NCBI GenBank assembly: GCA_965218975.1
Contig: OZ244717.1
Location: 64,001 to 128,000 of the forward strand
Direction of reading: 5' to 3'
Length of the DNA: 64,000 bases
DNA from: Candidatus Oxydemutatoraceae bacterium
Lineage (GTDB): Bacteria > Pseudomonadota > Gammaproteobacteria > Poriferisulfidales > Oxydemutatoraceae
Each line of letters starts with the position of its first letter. Positions within the stretch are counted from its first letter, which is position 1. Shown here one piece after another: positions 52,592 to 62,199 of this stretch. A model generated the notes under the pieces. It saw only the letters and a program-made list of their open reading frames with translations, was not told the origin of the DNA and did no database searches. The translations under genes and the position numbers were made by a program.

Positions 52592-53509
52592 TTACTTTCT
52601 CAGCTTATTCTTGTTGGGGTCAAACCCTTTGAAAAATTCAGCGAATAATCGAAACTCATTTTCATGTACCGCACCCTTTCTCCAAACAAACCCAATTTCG
52701 CGGTATGCGTTGTCGGAAGTCTTAGATAAATTGATATGCGTTTTCTTAAGCAAATCACTGTCAATTGCCAATTGCGGAATAAAAGTCACACCTAAATCGT
52801 TATCAACCATTTGTATAATGGTATGCAAATTACTAGTGAAATAAGGATTAACCTTATTCGTGTTTCGCACATCACACGCAGATAAGGTATGCTCACGCAA
52901 ACAGTGGCCGTCACCTAACAATAAAACCCCCTTCTCCGGCAGGTCCGCCTCATTGGCATAAGGTGTTTTCATCAAACGCGTATTTTCTCGACTCGCAAAA
53001 AAGAAGTAATCTCGGAACAGACTAAGCGTCTCAACATTTTCCAAATCAAAAGGCAAAGCAATAAGCAATAAATCCAACTCATCGTTGATTAAATCCTCAT
53101 AGATGTTCCGTGTCAGCTCTTCTTTAATATACAAGTTCAGGTCCGGGTATTTACACAAAATTTGGGGGAGAATCTTAGGCAATATGAATGGCGCAATCGT
53201 GGGAATTACTCCAAAGCGCAAATCACCCGACAATGGTTTGCGCCAACCTTTGGAAATTTTGGCAAGCTCCTCGGCGTCGACAAGAATTTTACGCGCCCGC
53301 TCAGCAACTTTTTTTCCGATGGCGGTAATAACTACTTCTTTATTCGTACGCTCGGCAAGCTTAGCGCCGAGGATACTTTCAAGCTCCTTAATTGCAACGC
53401 TAAAAGCTGGCTGGGCCACAAAACACGCTTTCGCTGCTTTGCCAAAATGTAGATGCTTATTCAGGCTGACAAAAAAACGTAGTTGTTTTAATGAGGGCAA
53501 TCTTTTCAC
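52592..53509 (-). CDS. oxyR: OxyR-like LysR regulator
   Basis: HFGKAA..CFV.QP HTH, GVIPTIAP, DGHCLREH..SAC with both redox Cys positions. Confidence 0.8.
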   Translation of the reverse strand: MKRLPSLKQLRFFVSLNKHLHFGKAAKACFVAQPAFSVAIKELESILGAKLAERTNKEVVITAIGKKVAERARKILVDAEELAKISKGWRKPLSGDLRFGVIPTIAPFILPKILPQILCKYPDLNLYIKEELTRNIYEDLINDELDLLLIALPFDLENVETLSLFRDYFFFASRENTRLMKTPYANEADLPEKGVLLLGDGHCLREHTLSACDVRNTNKVNPYFTSNLHTIIQMVDNDLGVTFIPQLAIDSDLLKKTHINLSKTSDNAYREIGFVWRKGAVHENEFRLFAEFFKGFDPNKNKLRK

Positions 53510-53581
53510 TATAAAAATCTATGACAAGATAAGAAATCACTCATTTTCATTGTACTATATCTGCGGCAAAGAATAATTGCT

Positions 53582-54175
53582 ATGCATACTATCCATACGA
53601 GATTCTTGACGAACTTAAACAAGCACTTAAAAATTATCAGCGGCGGACAAACCGGCGTTGACCGAGCGGCTCTGGATATCGCCAACGCATTGGGGATTAA
53701 TTACGGCGGCTGGTGTCCGAAAGGAGGACTTGCTGAAGATATGCCAAATCCGCCGGGACTGCTGCATCGCTATCCGGCATTACGCGCTACTGCAATCAGC
53801 GATTATTTTGCGCGAACACGTTTAAATGTTGAAGATAGCAGTGCAACTCTGATTATTGCTTCGAGCAAAATACTCGCTATGACCGGCGGCACCGGCTACA
53901 CCATACAATATGCAGACCTAAAACAAAAACCTTGTCATATAGTTTTGCTGACGAAAACAAATACCATGACGCAAATTATGTATGAAACCACCGCTTGGAT
54001 GAATGATTTATTTGTCAAGTACCGTTGGGGAAACAAAAACGCCGATAAAATAACTCTAAATATTGCCGGTCCCCGCGCAAGCAAAGCGCCGGATATCTAC
54101 CGCGAAGCTTACTGCTTCCTGGAAAGCTTGCTCCATGATGTAACAATCACCAATGGCGTTGACACAAACGAGTAA
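53582..54175 (+). CDS. putative molybdenum-carrier / SLOG-family protein
   Basis: KIISGGQTGVDRAALD, GGWCPKG, RT..NV.DS.ATL, LNIAGPRAS. Confidence 0.85.
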   Translation: MHTIHTRFLTNLNKHLKIISGGQTGVDRAALDIANALGINYGGWCPKGGLAEDMPNPPGLLHRYPALRATAISDYFARTRLNVEDSSATLIIASSKILAMTGGTGYTIQYADLKQKPCHIVLLTKTNTMTQIMYETTAWMNDLFVKYRWGNKNADKITLNIAGPRASKAPDIYREAYCFLESLLHDVTITNGVDTNE

Positions 54176-54176
54176 G

Positions 54177-54253
54177 TGGCGCGCCTGGCAGGATTCGAAC
54201 CTGCGACCTTTGCCTTCGGAGGGCAACACTCTATCCGACTGAGCTACAGGCGC
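54177..54253 (-). tRNA. tRNA-Arg(CCG)
   Basis: GCGCCTGTAGCTCAG...CT-CCG-AA...GGTTCGAATCC...GCGCCA; 77 nt with encoded CCA. Confidence 0.97.
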
Positions 54254-54382
54254 GAACCAGGCTATCCTAACCGAACCGCTTGACTTAAACCAGAATATTT
54301 ATATCTTCAAAGTGCTTTATAAATCCATTATCCCCTCTTAATACTTATTTTCTCGGGAATAAACGTTTATCAAAAAAAGAAA

Positions 54383-54431
54383 TGCATAGTGCCGGATACA
54401 TACCGGACAAATACTTTTCAATAAAAAGGTG
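54383..54431 (+). mobile_element. orphan IS481 left end (copy-C type) abutting copy E
   Basis: TGCATAGTGCCGGATACATACCGGACAAATACTTTTCAATAAAAAGGTG matches the reverse complement of about 38301-38340. Confidence 0.75.
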
Positions 54432-54770
54432 TGTATAGTGCCAGATACATATGGGACTCACGGCTTAACTCGAAAAGGTGACCGATATGCAATATCAGCA
54501 CATCGGCCACCGCATCAAAGGTTTCTATATGAGCCAATTTTGCTTCAAAAATAGAGGCTCATGAACACAACGGCTCAACAGAAACACGATGCCCTGTTAT
54601 TTTGGGAGGATTGTAACTCCCGAACACATTCAAGCTCAGTCGTAGCACTTTGTATGCCTGGCGCAAGCGTTATCGCCGCACTGGGCTCAGCGCCTTGCAT
54701 GACCGCGGCAAAGCACCGCGCAAGAGGCGTCGGCGGATCTGGCCGCAACCTGGCAAAGTGCCTGTCATCC

Positions 54771-54975
54771 ATGACGAGACTTGGTTCTGTCAATGAGCGC
54801 CAGCCTCGACGTCCTTGTCGGGTCGCTTGCCGCTGAAAACCGATCGGTTTTCCGGGCGCATCTCACCCTGCTCGTCCGTGATGAGACTTGGTTCTGCGAA
54901 TGAACCCCAGCCCCGACATCCTTGTTGGGTCGTTCGCCGCTGAAAACCGATCGGTTTTCCGGGCGCATCTCACCC
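54771..54975. repeat. 98-bp structured repeat, 2 units with 9-bp spacer
   Basis: Units at 54771 and 54878. Confidence 0.93.
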
Positions 54976-55368
54976 TGCCCGAGTGTCCGCACGATTGCGG
55001 CCTGATCGCGGATGCGCCGGATAAAATGCGCTGTATTCTGCAGCATCTGAATGCCAAAGAACAAACAAAACGACTGTTCAAGCACCGTTGCAAGGCACGC
55101 AAGCCGAAACACTTCAAAGCACAGTATCCGGGGCATTGCATCGCCTTGGATACAATCGTGCGTTATCAGCACGGGGTGCGCCGCACCATATTAACGGCCA
55201 TTGATGTCTATACCCGTATGGCAACAGCAGCGGCAACCAACCGCTGTAACAGCCGTAGTACTGCCGCATTCCTGCACCTGGCAGAATTTCGGCAGCAGTA
55301 AAGTCTTTGAGCTGATGAAACCATTTTGTGTTTGCTGCCGAATTGTCGGCGGATTGTGCCTGTCATCC

Positions 55369-55662
55369 ATGACGCGACTGGGTTCTGTCAACAAGCGCCA
55401 GCCCCGACGTCCTTGTCGGGTCGTTCACCGCTGAAAACCAATTGGTTTTCCGGGCGCGTCTCACCCATGACGAGACTTGGTTCTGTCAACAAGCGCCAGC
55501 CTCGACGTCCTTGTCGGGTCGTTCACCGCTGAAAACCAATTGGTTTTCCGGGCGCGTCTCACCCATGACGAGACTTGGTTCTGTCAACAAGCGCCAGCCC
55601 CGACGTCCTTGTCGGGTCGTTCGCCGCTGAAAACCGATCGGTTTTCCGGGCGCGTCTCACCC
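55369..55662. repeat. 98-bp structured repeat, 3 tandem units
   Basis: Units at 55369, 55467 and 55565. Confidence 0.95.
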
Positions 55663-56074
55663 TGACGGACGGCGGTAGTGAGTTTCAAGGACAGTTTGCC
55701 CGGCTCATCCGGGAATCACCCGCGATTGAGCAGTGGCTGACCTATCCCAAGTGTCCAAAAATGAACGCGCACATTGAGCGCTTCAACCGCACCGTCCAAG
55801 AAGATTGTATCGATCATGCGGAAGATCTGCTATTCGCCGATACGGAAGCATTCAATGACCGGTTATGGGAGTATTTAGCCTGGTATAAGCTGCACCGTCC
55901 TCATGTCGGCAACGGACAGAAAGCACCGATCCGAATGTTATTGCCGAGCGCTTCCCTCGAAGCTCTTCAAAAATCCCATTTTTAGGGTAACATCGTACAC
56001 AAAATCCACTATCAGCGTATTTTCCCGGTATAATGGCGCTCTTAATTTTTTTGCTAGTAGTCCAAGGTAGCAAA

Positions 56075-56578
56075 ATGAGCGACAAGCAATTTATAAATAT
56101 ATTCTCTATCATTATTGGAGCATTAATCGGCATCACGGCGTTGATACTTATTGCCGCTACTTCGCTTTCATCCATCCATGCTGAAATGGATCTTGCCATG
56201 AGACATAGTATGGAAGAACACTTATCTCCCATCGGGAAAGTTCATATCGGATCGGTAGTAATGACAGGTCAGGACGTTAAACGATCCGAACCAGCCGATT
56301 CGCTACAAAACGTAACGAATCCATCTGCAGATCAAACAATGGATGGCAGAAGTGTCTATAACACAGTCTGTTCTGCTTGCCATTTAGCCGGCGTTGCCAA
56401 TGCACCGATTTTTGGGAATAAAGCAACATGGGCGCCGCGCATTTCTCAAGGAATTGAAACACTCTACACATCGTCATTAAACGGTAAGGGCGCAATGCCC
56501 GCCAAAGGCGGACGCACCGACTTACCGGATAATCTTATCAAAAGTGCCGTTGATTACATGGTTGAAGCGGTCCGTTAA
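56075..56578 (+). CDS. cytochrome c5 family protein
   Basis: N-terminal TM, CSACH, GVANAP, W.PR, AMPAKGG, AVDYM. Confidence 0.9.
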   Translation: MSDKQFINIFSIIIGALIGITALILIAATSLSSIHAEMDLAMRHSMEEHLSPIGKVHIGSVVMTGQDVKRSEPADSLQNVTNPSADQTMDGRSVYNTVCSACHLAGVANAPIFGNKATWAPRISQGIETLYTSSLNGKGAMPAKGGRTDLPDNLIKSAVDYMVEAVR

Positions 56579-56582
56579 TTGG

Positions 56583-58088
56583 CTACACTTTAAATAATTT
56601 ATCCATAGCACGATAAGACAACGCTTCAAGCAAGTGCCGACGGGTAATAAGCTCGCTTGCGGATAAATCGGCAATAGTGCGGGCAACCTTTAGCGTACGG
56701 TGCACTGCACGGGCGGATAAATTCAACCGTTCTACTGCTTGAAAAAATAATGTTTTATCTTGCTTGGACAATCCGCAATGTTTTTCAATTTGCGCATTAT
56801 CAATATACGCATTTTGTCTGTCCTGTCGTTTTATCTGACGCTGGTACGCCGCCAAGACTCGCTGACGTACAACCACACTAGGCTCACACTGCTTGACTTC
56901 CCCCTTCCCCCAACTAATACGCGGCACTCGCACATGCATATCAATACGATCTAGAAAAGGCACGGATAAGCGGCTGTAGTAGCGCTGCAATCTCGCATCG
57001 CTGCAAGGGCATGCGCCGTTCTCATCCACGTCGGAGCCATCCGGGCAAGGATTCATTGCGGCAATCATTTGAAACCGCGCCGGATATTCAATATGTCCCG
57101 CAACTCGCGATAAACGCACCGAATGTGATTCAAGCGGTTCGCGTAGCGTTTCCAAAGCACGGCGTTGGAATTCCGGTAACTCATCAAGAAACAACACACC
57201 GTGATGTGCGCGTGTGACTTCGCCAAGACGCAAATCCGCGCCTCCGCCCACCAACGCCGCTGCGGATGCCGAATGATGCGGTGAACGAAAAGGCCGCTGA
57301 TAAAACTGTTGCGGTTTAACTTGTTTTCCATCCAAAGAACGTAGAATCGTTACCTCCAAGGCATCACTATGATTCAACGGCGGCAAAATACCCGGAAGGC
57401 GGCTGGCAAGCATAGTCTTGCCGGTACCAGGCGCACCCATAAACAAACAATTATGGTTGCCGGCAGCAGCAACTTCCAATGCACGTATTGCATGATATTG
57501 TCCGCGAATATCGGATAAATCAGGATACACCATATCGCTATCCGAAATTTCTGCCGGGGCCAATGCCTTTAACACGCGATGTCCGAGCAAATGCTCGCAT
57601 ACCCTAAGTAAATTATCTGCGGGATAAATTTCCGCATCGTGAACCAATGAAGCTTCGACGCAATTTTTCTGTGGAATGACAATTTTGCGCTTTTGCCGCG
57701 CTGCCGCCACTACCGCAGGTAAAACGCCGCGGACCGGACGCAAAGTACCGGATAAGCCAAGCTCGCCAATAAATTCATAGTCGGCAACCACTTTGGGCGG
57801 AAGCTGTTTGCCAGCAACTAAAATCCCCAATGCAATCGGCAAGTCAAAACGCCCACCTTCCTTAGGCAAGTCTGCCGGAGCAAGATTGACGATAATGCGT
57901 TGACATGGAAATTCAAAACAGCTATTCAATAACACCGCTCTTACACGATGCTGACTTTCACACACTTCTTTTTCAGGAAGACCGACTATGACAAATTTAG
58001 GCAGTCCCGCACCGACATATACTTCAACATTAACCGGAATTGCCTCCAGACCACGCGCAGCGCGACTACGCACCATCGCCAATGTCAT
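56583..58088 (-). CDS. comM: ComM/YifB Mg-chelatase-like AAA+ ATPase
   Basis: NLAPADLPKEGGRFDLPIA, GAPGTGKTMLA, FRSPHHSAS, LFLDELPEF. Confidence 0.92.
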   Translation of the reverse strand: MTLAMVRSRAARGLEAIPVNVEVYVGAGLPKFVIVGLPEKEVCESQHRVRAVLLNSCFEFPCQRIIVNLAPADLPKEGGRFDLPIALGILVAGKQLPPKVVADYEFIGELGLSGTLRPVRGVLPAVVAAARQKRKIVIPQKNCVEASLVHDAEIYPADNLLRVCEHLLGHRVLKALAPAEISDSDMVYPDLSDIRGQYHAIRALEVAAAGNHNCLFMGAPGTGKTMLASRLPGILPPLNHSDALEVTILRSLDGKQVKPQQFYQRPFRSPHHSASAAALVGGGADLRLGEVTRAHHGVLFLDELPEFQRRALETLREPLESHSVRLSRVAGHIEYPARFQMIAAMNPCPDGSDVDENGACPCSDARLQRYYSRLSVPFLDRIDMHVRVPRISWGKGEVKQCEPSVVVRQRVLAAYQRQIKRQDRQNAYIDNAQIEKHCGLSKQDKTLFFQAVERLNLSARAVHRTLKVARTIADLSASELITRRHLLEALSYRAMDKLFKV

Positions 58089-58172
58089 ACGATATTTCCT
58101 CCGCTGACGGAATGAAAAAATACCAGCATGAATGTATCCCGCTATAGCGAGATACATTTACGACGAACGGTA

Positions 58173-58436
58173 TTATTTGGCAGATGAACGGTCGGTATTC
58201 TGCTTTTCATATTGGCCAAGCGACTGCTCAATTTCGGCGACTTGTTGCCGCAAACGTTCTAGCAAATCAACCTGTATGTCGTATTCCTCGCGACTAACCA
58301 AATCCATACGTTGAAGTAAAGCAGACATGTTAGCTCGCATCACTTTTTTGAGTTCATCACACGCCAAATGGAGTTCAGGAGATAAATTCTCCTGTAACTG
58401 CCGCAGTATCCTCTCGATTTTTGTGTCATAGTCCAC
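58173..58436 (-). CDS. ubiK: UbiK-family accessory factor
   Basis: MDLVSREEYDIQ..LL.R motif; lies upstream of comM. Confidence 0.8.
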   Translation of the reverse strand: MDYDTKIERILRQLQENLSPELHLACDELKKVMRANMSALLQRMDLVSREEYDIQVDLLERLRQQVAEIEQSLGQYEKQNTDRSSAK

Positions 58437-58441
58437 TGAAT

Positions 58442-59500
58442 TTACCTGCTCACAGTGCGTTCGGCAGAAAAATCTATCATTCGTTGCGTAGACTGAAGTG
58501 CAGATTCGATTGTTGCCATATCCAGAATAATTTCATTATCCTGCCGATCAAGAACTCGTTCCAAATTGTCTAAACTATTCATCGCCATCCACGGACAATG
58601 CGCACAGCTACGACAAGTTGCACCCTCTCCCGCAGTCGGCGCCTCAATAAATATTTTGTCGGGAGCTAGTTGACGCATCTTATAAAAAATTCGGTTATCA
58701 GTTGCCACAATGAAATACTTATTAGGCAGATTGCAGGCGGCTTTAATCAATTGACTGGTTGATCCCACCGCATCGGCAATATCAATAACCATCTCAGGAG
58801 ATTCAGGATGCACCAACACCGCGGCGTCGGGATACTCTTCTTTCAATTCCAGCACGCCATGATACTTAAATTCCTCATGTACCACGCAGTGTCCCTGCCA
58901 AATCAACATATCGGCGTCTGTAACTCGCTGAATATAATTACCAAGATAGCGATCGGGCGCCCACAATATTTTTTCATCTTCATCCATCAAGTGCGAAATC
59001 ACTTCCACTGCGATACTAGAAGTAACTACCCAATCAGCAATTGCTTTTACCTCAGCGCTTGTATTTGCATAAACGACAATCGTGTGAGCGGGATGATTGC
59101 TACAAAAAGCGGCGAATTCACCTGCCGGACAACTCAAGTCTAAGGAGCAAGTGGCTTCAAGCGTCGGCATTAAAACAGTTTTATCCGGACTAAGTATCTT
59201 CGCCGTCTCGCCCATAAAACGTACACCGGCAACTACCAATACATCGGCCGGGCTTGCCTGCCCGAAACGTGCCATTTCAAGTGAATCCGACACAATCCCG
59301 CCGCTCTCCTCGGCAATCCTCTGGATATCTTCGTCCACATAATAATGCGCAACCAAAACCGCATTCAGCGCTTTAAGTTTTTGTTTAATGTGCATTGATT
59401 TCTTTTCAAGCGCCTCCCCTTCATAACGAAACATCGTTCGGCAAACTTCCGAAGTCATCGGCGCTTTTATCTTAATGGGTCTATGCGTTACAAGTTCCAT
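58442..59500 (-). CDS. nadA: quinolinate synthase
   Basis: [42 protein letters not shown]. Confidence 0.97.
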   Translation of the reverse strand: MELVTHRPIKIKAPMTSEVCRTMFRYEGEALEKKSMHIKQKLKALNAVLVAHYYVDEDIQRIAEESGGIVSDSLEMARFGQASPADVLVVAGVRFMGETAKILSPDKTVLMPTLEATCSLDLSCPAGEFAAFCSNHPAHTIVVYANTSAEVKAIADWVVTSSIAVEVISHLMDEDEKILWAPDRYLGNYIQRVTDADMLIWQGHCVVHEEFKYHGVLELKEEYPDAAVLVHPESPEMVIDIADAVGSTSQLIKAACNLPNKYFIVATDNRIFYKMRQLAPDKIFIEAPTAGEGATCRSCAHCPWMAMNSLDNLERVLDRQDNEIILDMATIESALQSTQRMIDFSAERTVSR

Positions 59501-59509
59501 CGGATCATT

Positions 59510-60565
59510 TTAACATTGAATTTGTATCATGCCATGCTGCCACTCGGTTTGAACTTTACCAATCTTCTGCGCCATATTAAATCCTTTGCGATGGAACATT
59601 TCAACCACTGCTTGAGCCGAATGCGCCGCACAACTAACCAACAATCCTCCGTTAGTCTGGGGGTCCAGCAACAAATTCTTTTGCCACGATGCGACTGTTT
59701 CGGAAAAACACAGATGTTCACGATAAGCTGCATAATTACGCTTCGCTGCGCCGGTCGTGAGACCTTGCTCGGCAAAATTCCGCGCCGGCGCAAGTATTGG
59801 CACAGAATTGAAGTCAATCGTCACGCTTACTTGCGATGCTTTGCAGATTTCGGACAAATGACCCAGCAGGCCGAATCCGGTTACATCAGTCATCGCATGC
59901 ACCGTCGGCAGGGCACCAAACTGCTCACCGATACGGTTTAATTTTGTAGTCCAACGAATCAATTCGCAGTATTCATCTTCCTTTAGCTGCCCGCGTCTGA
60001 ACGCACTAGAGAGAATGCCCACACCTAGCGGCTTGCCTAAAATCAAAGCATCACCAACTTCAGCGGTTGCATTACGCTTAATGTGCGACTGAGCGATGAT
60101 TCCGACAACCGCTAATCCGTAAATAGGTTCGGAAGCGTTGATCGAATGCCCTCCGGCAATCGTAATTCCGGCGGAACGGCAAATCTCCGCGCCGCCCATC
60201 AAAATCCGCGTAATAATCTCTCGGGGAATTTTATCTACCGGAAACCCTACGATATTCAAAGCAAAAAGTGGTTTGGCACCCATCGCATAAACATCCGACA
60301 ACGCATTTGCCGCGGCAATTTTGCCAAAATCATGCGCATCATCAACAATCGGCATAAAAAAATCAGTGGTGGCAACTAATGCTTGATTGTCATTTAAGAA
60401 AAAAATTGCGGCATCATCCATTGCATCATTACGCATTAATCGGCCATTGCATTTTCCATCATCCGCATAAGCAAAGTATTCTTTCAGAATTTCGGATAAG
60501 ATACCCGGAGCGAGTTTACAACCGCACCCGCTGCCATGAGCAAATTCTGTTAGCTTAAATGCCAT
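59510..60565 (-). CDS. selD: selenophosphate synthetase (Cys form)
   Basis: HG.GCGCKL, TTDFF.PIVDD, NALSDVYAMG, TDVTGFGLLGH, DPQT.GGLL. Confidence 0.95.
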   Translation of the reverse strand: MAFKLTEFAHGSGCGCKLAPGILSEILKEYFAYADDGKCNGRLMRNDAMDDAAIFFLNDNQALVATTDFFMPIVDDAHDFGKIAAANALSDVYAMGAKPLFALNIVGFPVDKIPREIITRILMGGAEICRSAGITIAGGHSINASEPIYGLAVVGIIAQSHIKRNATAEVGDALILGKPLGVGILSSAFRRGQLKEDEYCELIRWTTKLNRIGEQFGALPTVHAMTDVTGFGLLGHLSEICKASQVSVTIDFNSVPILAPARNFAEQGLTTGAAKRNYAAYREHLCFSETVASWQKNLLLDPQTNGGLLVSCAAHSAQAVVEMFHRKGFNMAQKIGKVQTEWQHGMIQIQC

Positions 60566-60589
60566 GTCCTATTACCGGAAAATAGAGTA

Positions 60590-61627
60590 GTGCTGACATT
60601 ATCACAAATCGACCGGTTTGAAGAGATTATTGATGTTCGATCACCGGTAGAATATGCTGACGATCATATTCCCGGAGCGCATAATTTTCCGGCATTAAGC
60701 GACAAGGAACGTTCCCATATCGGCACACTTTACAAACAGATTTCTGCATTTGAAGCAAAAAAACAAGGCGCCTCGCTTATCGCCGAAAATTTTGCCGGAC
60801 ATCTACGGGAACACCTCAATGCCCGCGATGACAACTGGCGACCATTAGTATATTGCCAACGAGGAGGAGAACGTAGTGCGGCATTTACTCATATTCTAAA
60901 GAAGATCGGCTGGCCGGCAGTTTCTTTACCCGGCGGATATAAGGCATACCGCAGTATGGTCAGAACAACTATTGATGATATCGCCCCCAAACTAAAGTTC
61001 AAAGTACTATGCGGACGTACCGGCGTCGGGAAAAGTAGGCTGTTGAATATTTTGGCGCAAGAAAAAGCGGCGCAAGCACTGAACCTTGAACAGTTAGCAA
61101 ACCATCGTGGCTCAGTACTGGGAAATCTCTTACACGAAGAACAACCGTCACAGAAATACTTCGAGAGTCTATTGTGCAAAACCTTGCGCCGTTTCAATCC
61201 GAAACTACCGACTTATGTGGAAGCAGAGAGCCGTAAGATCGGTAAGATACATATACCCACTACTGTATTAAACGCTATTCGTGCCGCCGAATGTATTTGC
61301 ATTGAAACGGGTCTTAAGGCACGAGTGGAATATTTGTTGAATGAATATCAACATTTCCTAACCGATCGCACATTGCTCAAGTCTTCGCTTGCTTTACTCA
61401 TTCCTTTTTTAGGAGTTGAAAAAATTAACCGCTGGACGCATTGGAAAACTCATCGAGATGCGGAAAACATGGTAATCGGTTTGCTTAATGAGCACTATGA
61501 TCCGATTTATCTAAACTCAATGAAGCGGCATTTTACGCACTATTCCCGTGCTGCCATGGTGCGAATTGAACGCATCACCGACAATGACCTCAGAGCGGCC
61601 GCATTAAAAATTTCGGACGGAAAATAA
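60590..61627 (+). CDS. mnmH: tRNA 2-selenouridine synthase
   Basis: DVRSP.EY..DHIPGA, YC.RGG.RS, G.TG.GKS, LANHRGS.LG, EAESRKIG. Confidence 0.93.
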   Translation: MLTLSQIDRFEEIIDVRSPVEYADDHIPGAHNFPALSDKERSHIGTLYKQISAFEAKKQGASLIAENFAGHLREHLNARDDNWRPLVYCQRGGERSAAFTHILKKIGWPAVSLPGGYKAYRSMVRTTIDDIAPKLKFKVLCGRTGVGKSRLLNILAQEKAAQALNLEQLANHRGSVLGNLLHEEQPSQKYFESLLCKTLRRFNPKLPTYVEAESRKIGKIHIPTTVLNAIRAAECICIETGLKARVEYLLNEYQHFLTDRTLLKSSLALLIPFLGVEKINRWTHWKTHRDAENMVIGLLNEHYDPIYLNSMKRHFTHYSRAAMVRIERITDNDLRAAALKISDGK

Positions 61628-61660
61628 ATCTATTTTGATACGAAAAAATCGGATTATTAT

Positions 61661-62194
61661 CTACTCGGATTTTTGTTGTTTGACTATTATCTCAATTCGA
61701 TGATTCTTTAAACGCATTCGCGTCTCGCTTATATCTTTCAGTTCGTGATAAGGCCCAAGCTCCACGCGGTACCAAGCTTCACCCTCTTCTTCAATCTTGC
61801 GAATGATTGATTTATAACCCAAACTCAGTATCCGCTGCTTCAAAGACTGAGCTTCCGCTTGTGTGCGGTAACTTTTTGCTTGCAAAATATATTCCATTTT
61901 CCAGTCCGGCAGCAGCACATTGGAACCGTAGAGCAGAGTATCGTTCACTTCGCGATCGCTAATTCTCGGTTCAGGCTGTGGGGATTCGATTTCAGCAGAA
62001 GTTTGCGCTGTCAATTGTGGTGGCGTCGGCATGGGCGATGCCTCGTCGGATGCAACAATCACATGATAAACATGCACCGATGCGGCAATGGTGAGCCCGA
62101 CAGACAAACCCGATAAAAAACCGCGCACTATGCCGGAAGAACCTTCCGCCGGCGGTATTTTGTTGGGGCTTCTTTTATAGTCTTTACGAATCAC
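61661..62194 (-). CDS. SPOR-domain protein (FtsN-like position after argS)
   Basis: TM segment, linker, YILQ..SY....A...WYRVELGPY. Confidence 0.8.
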   Translation of the reverse strand: MIRKDYKRSPNKIPPAEGSSGIVRGFLSGLSVGLTIAASVHVYHVIVASDEASPMPTPPQLTAQTSAEIESPQPEPRISDREVNDTLLYGSNVLLPDWKMEYILQAKSYRTQAEAQSLKQRILSLGYKSIIRKIEEEGEAWYRVELGPYHELKDISETRMRLKNHRIEIIVKQQKSE

Positions 62195-62199
62195 AGCCG

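Larger units (their letters stand above)
54432..55999 (+). mobile_element. IS481-family element copy E (defective, five 98-bp repeats, uninterrupted C-terminal part)
   Basis: TGTATAGTGCCA...CATCGTACA ends. LTDGGSEF...HIERFNRT...WEYLAWYKLHRPH is contiguous. Confidence 0.92.

Noticed and set aside
59483-59941. Long antisense ORFs over selD, oxyR, nqrB and rho
   Set aside because: Shadow frames of well-supported genes with no motifs of their own.
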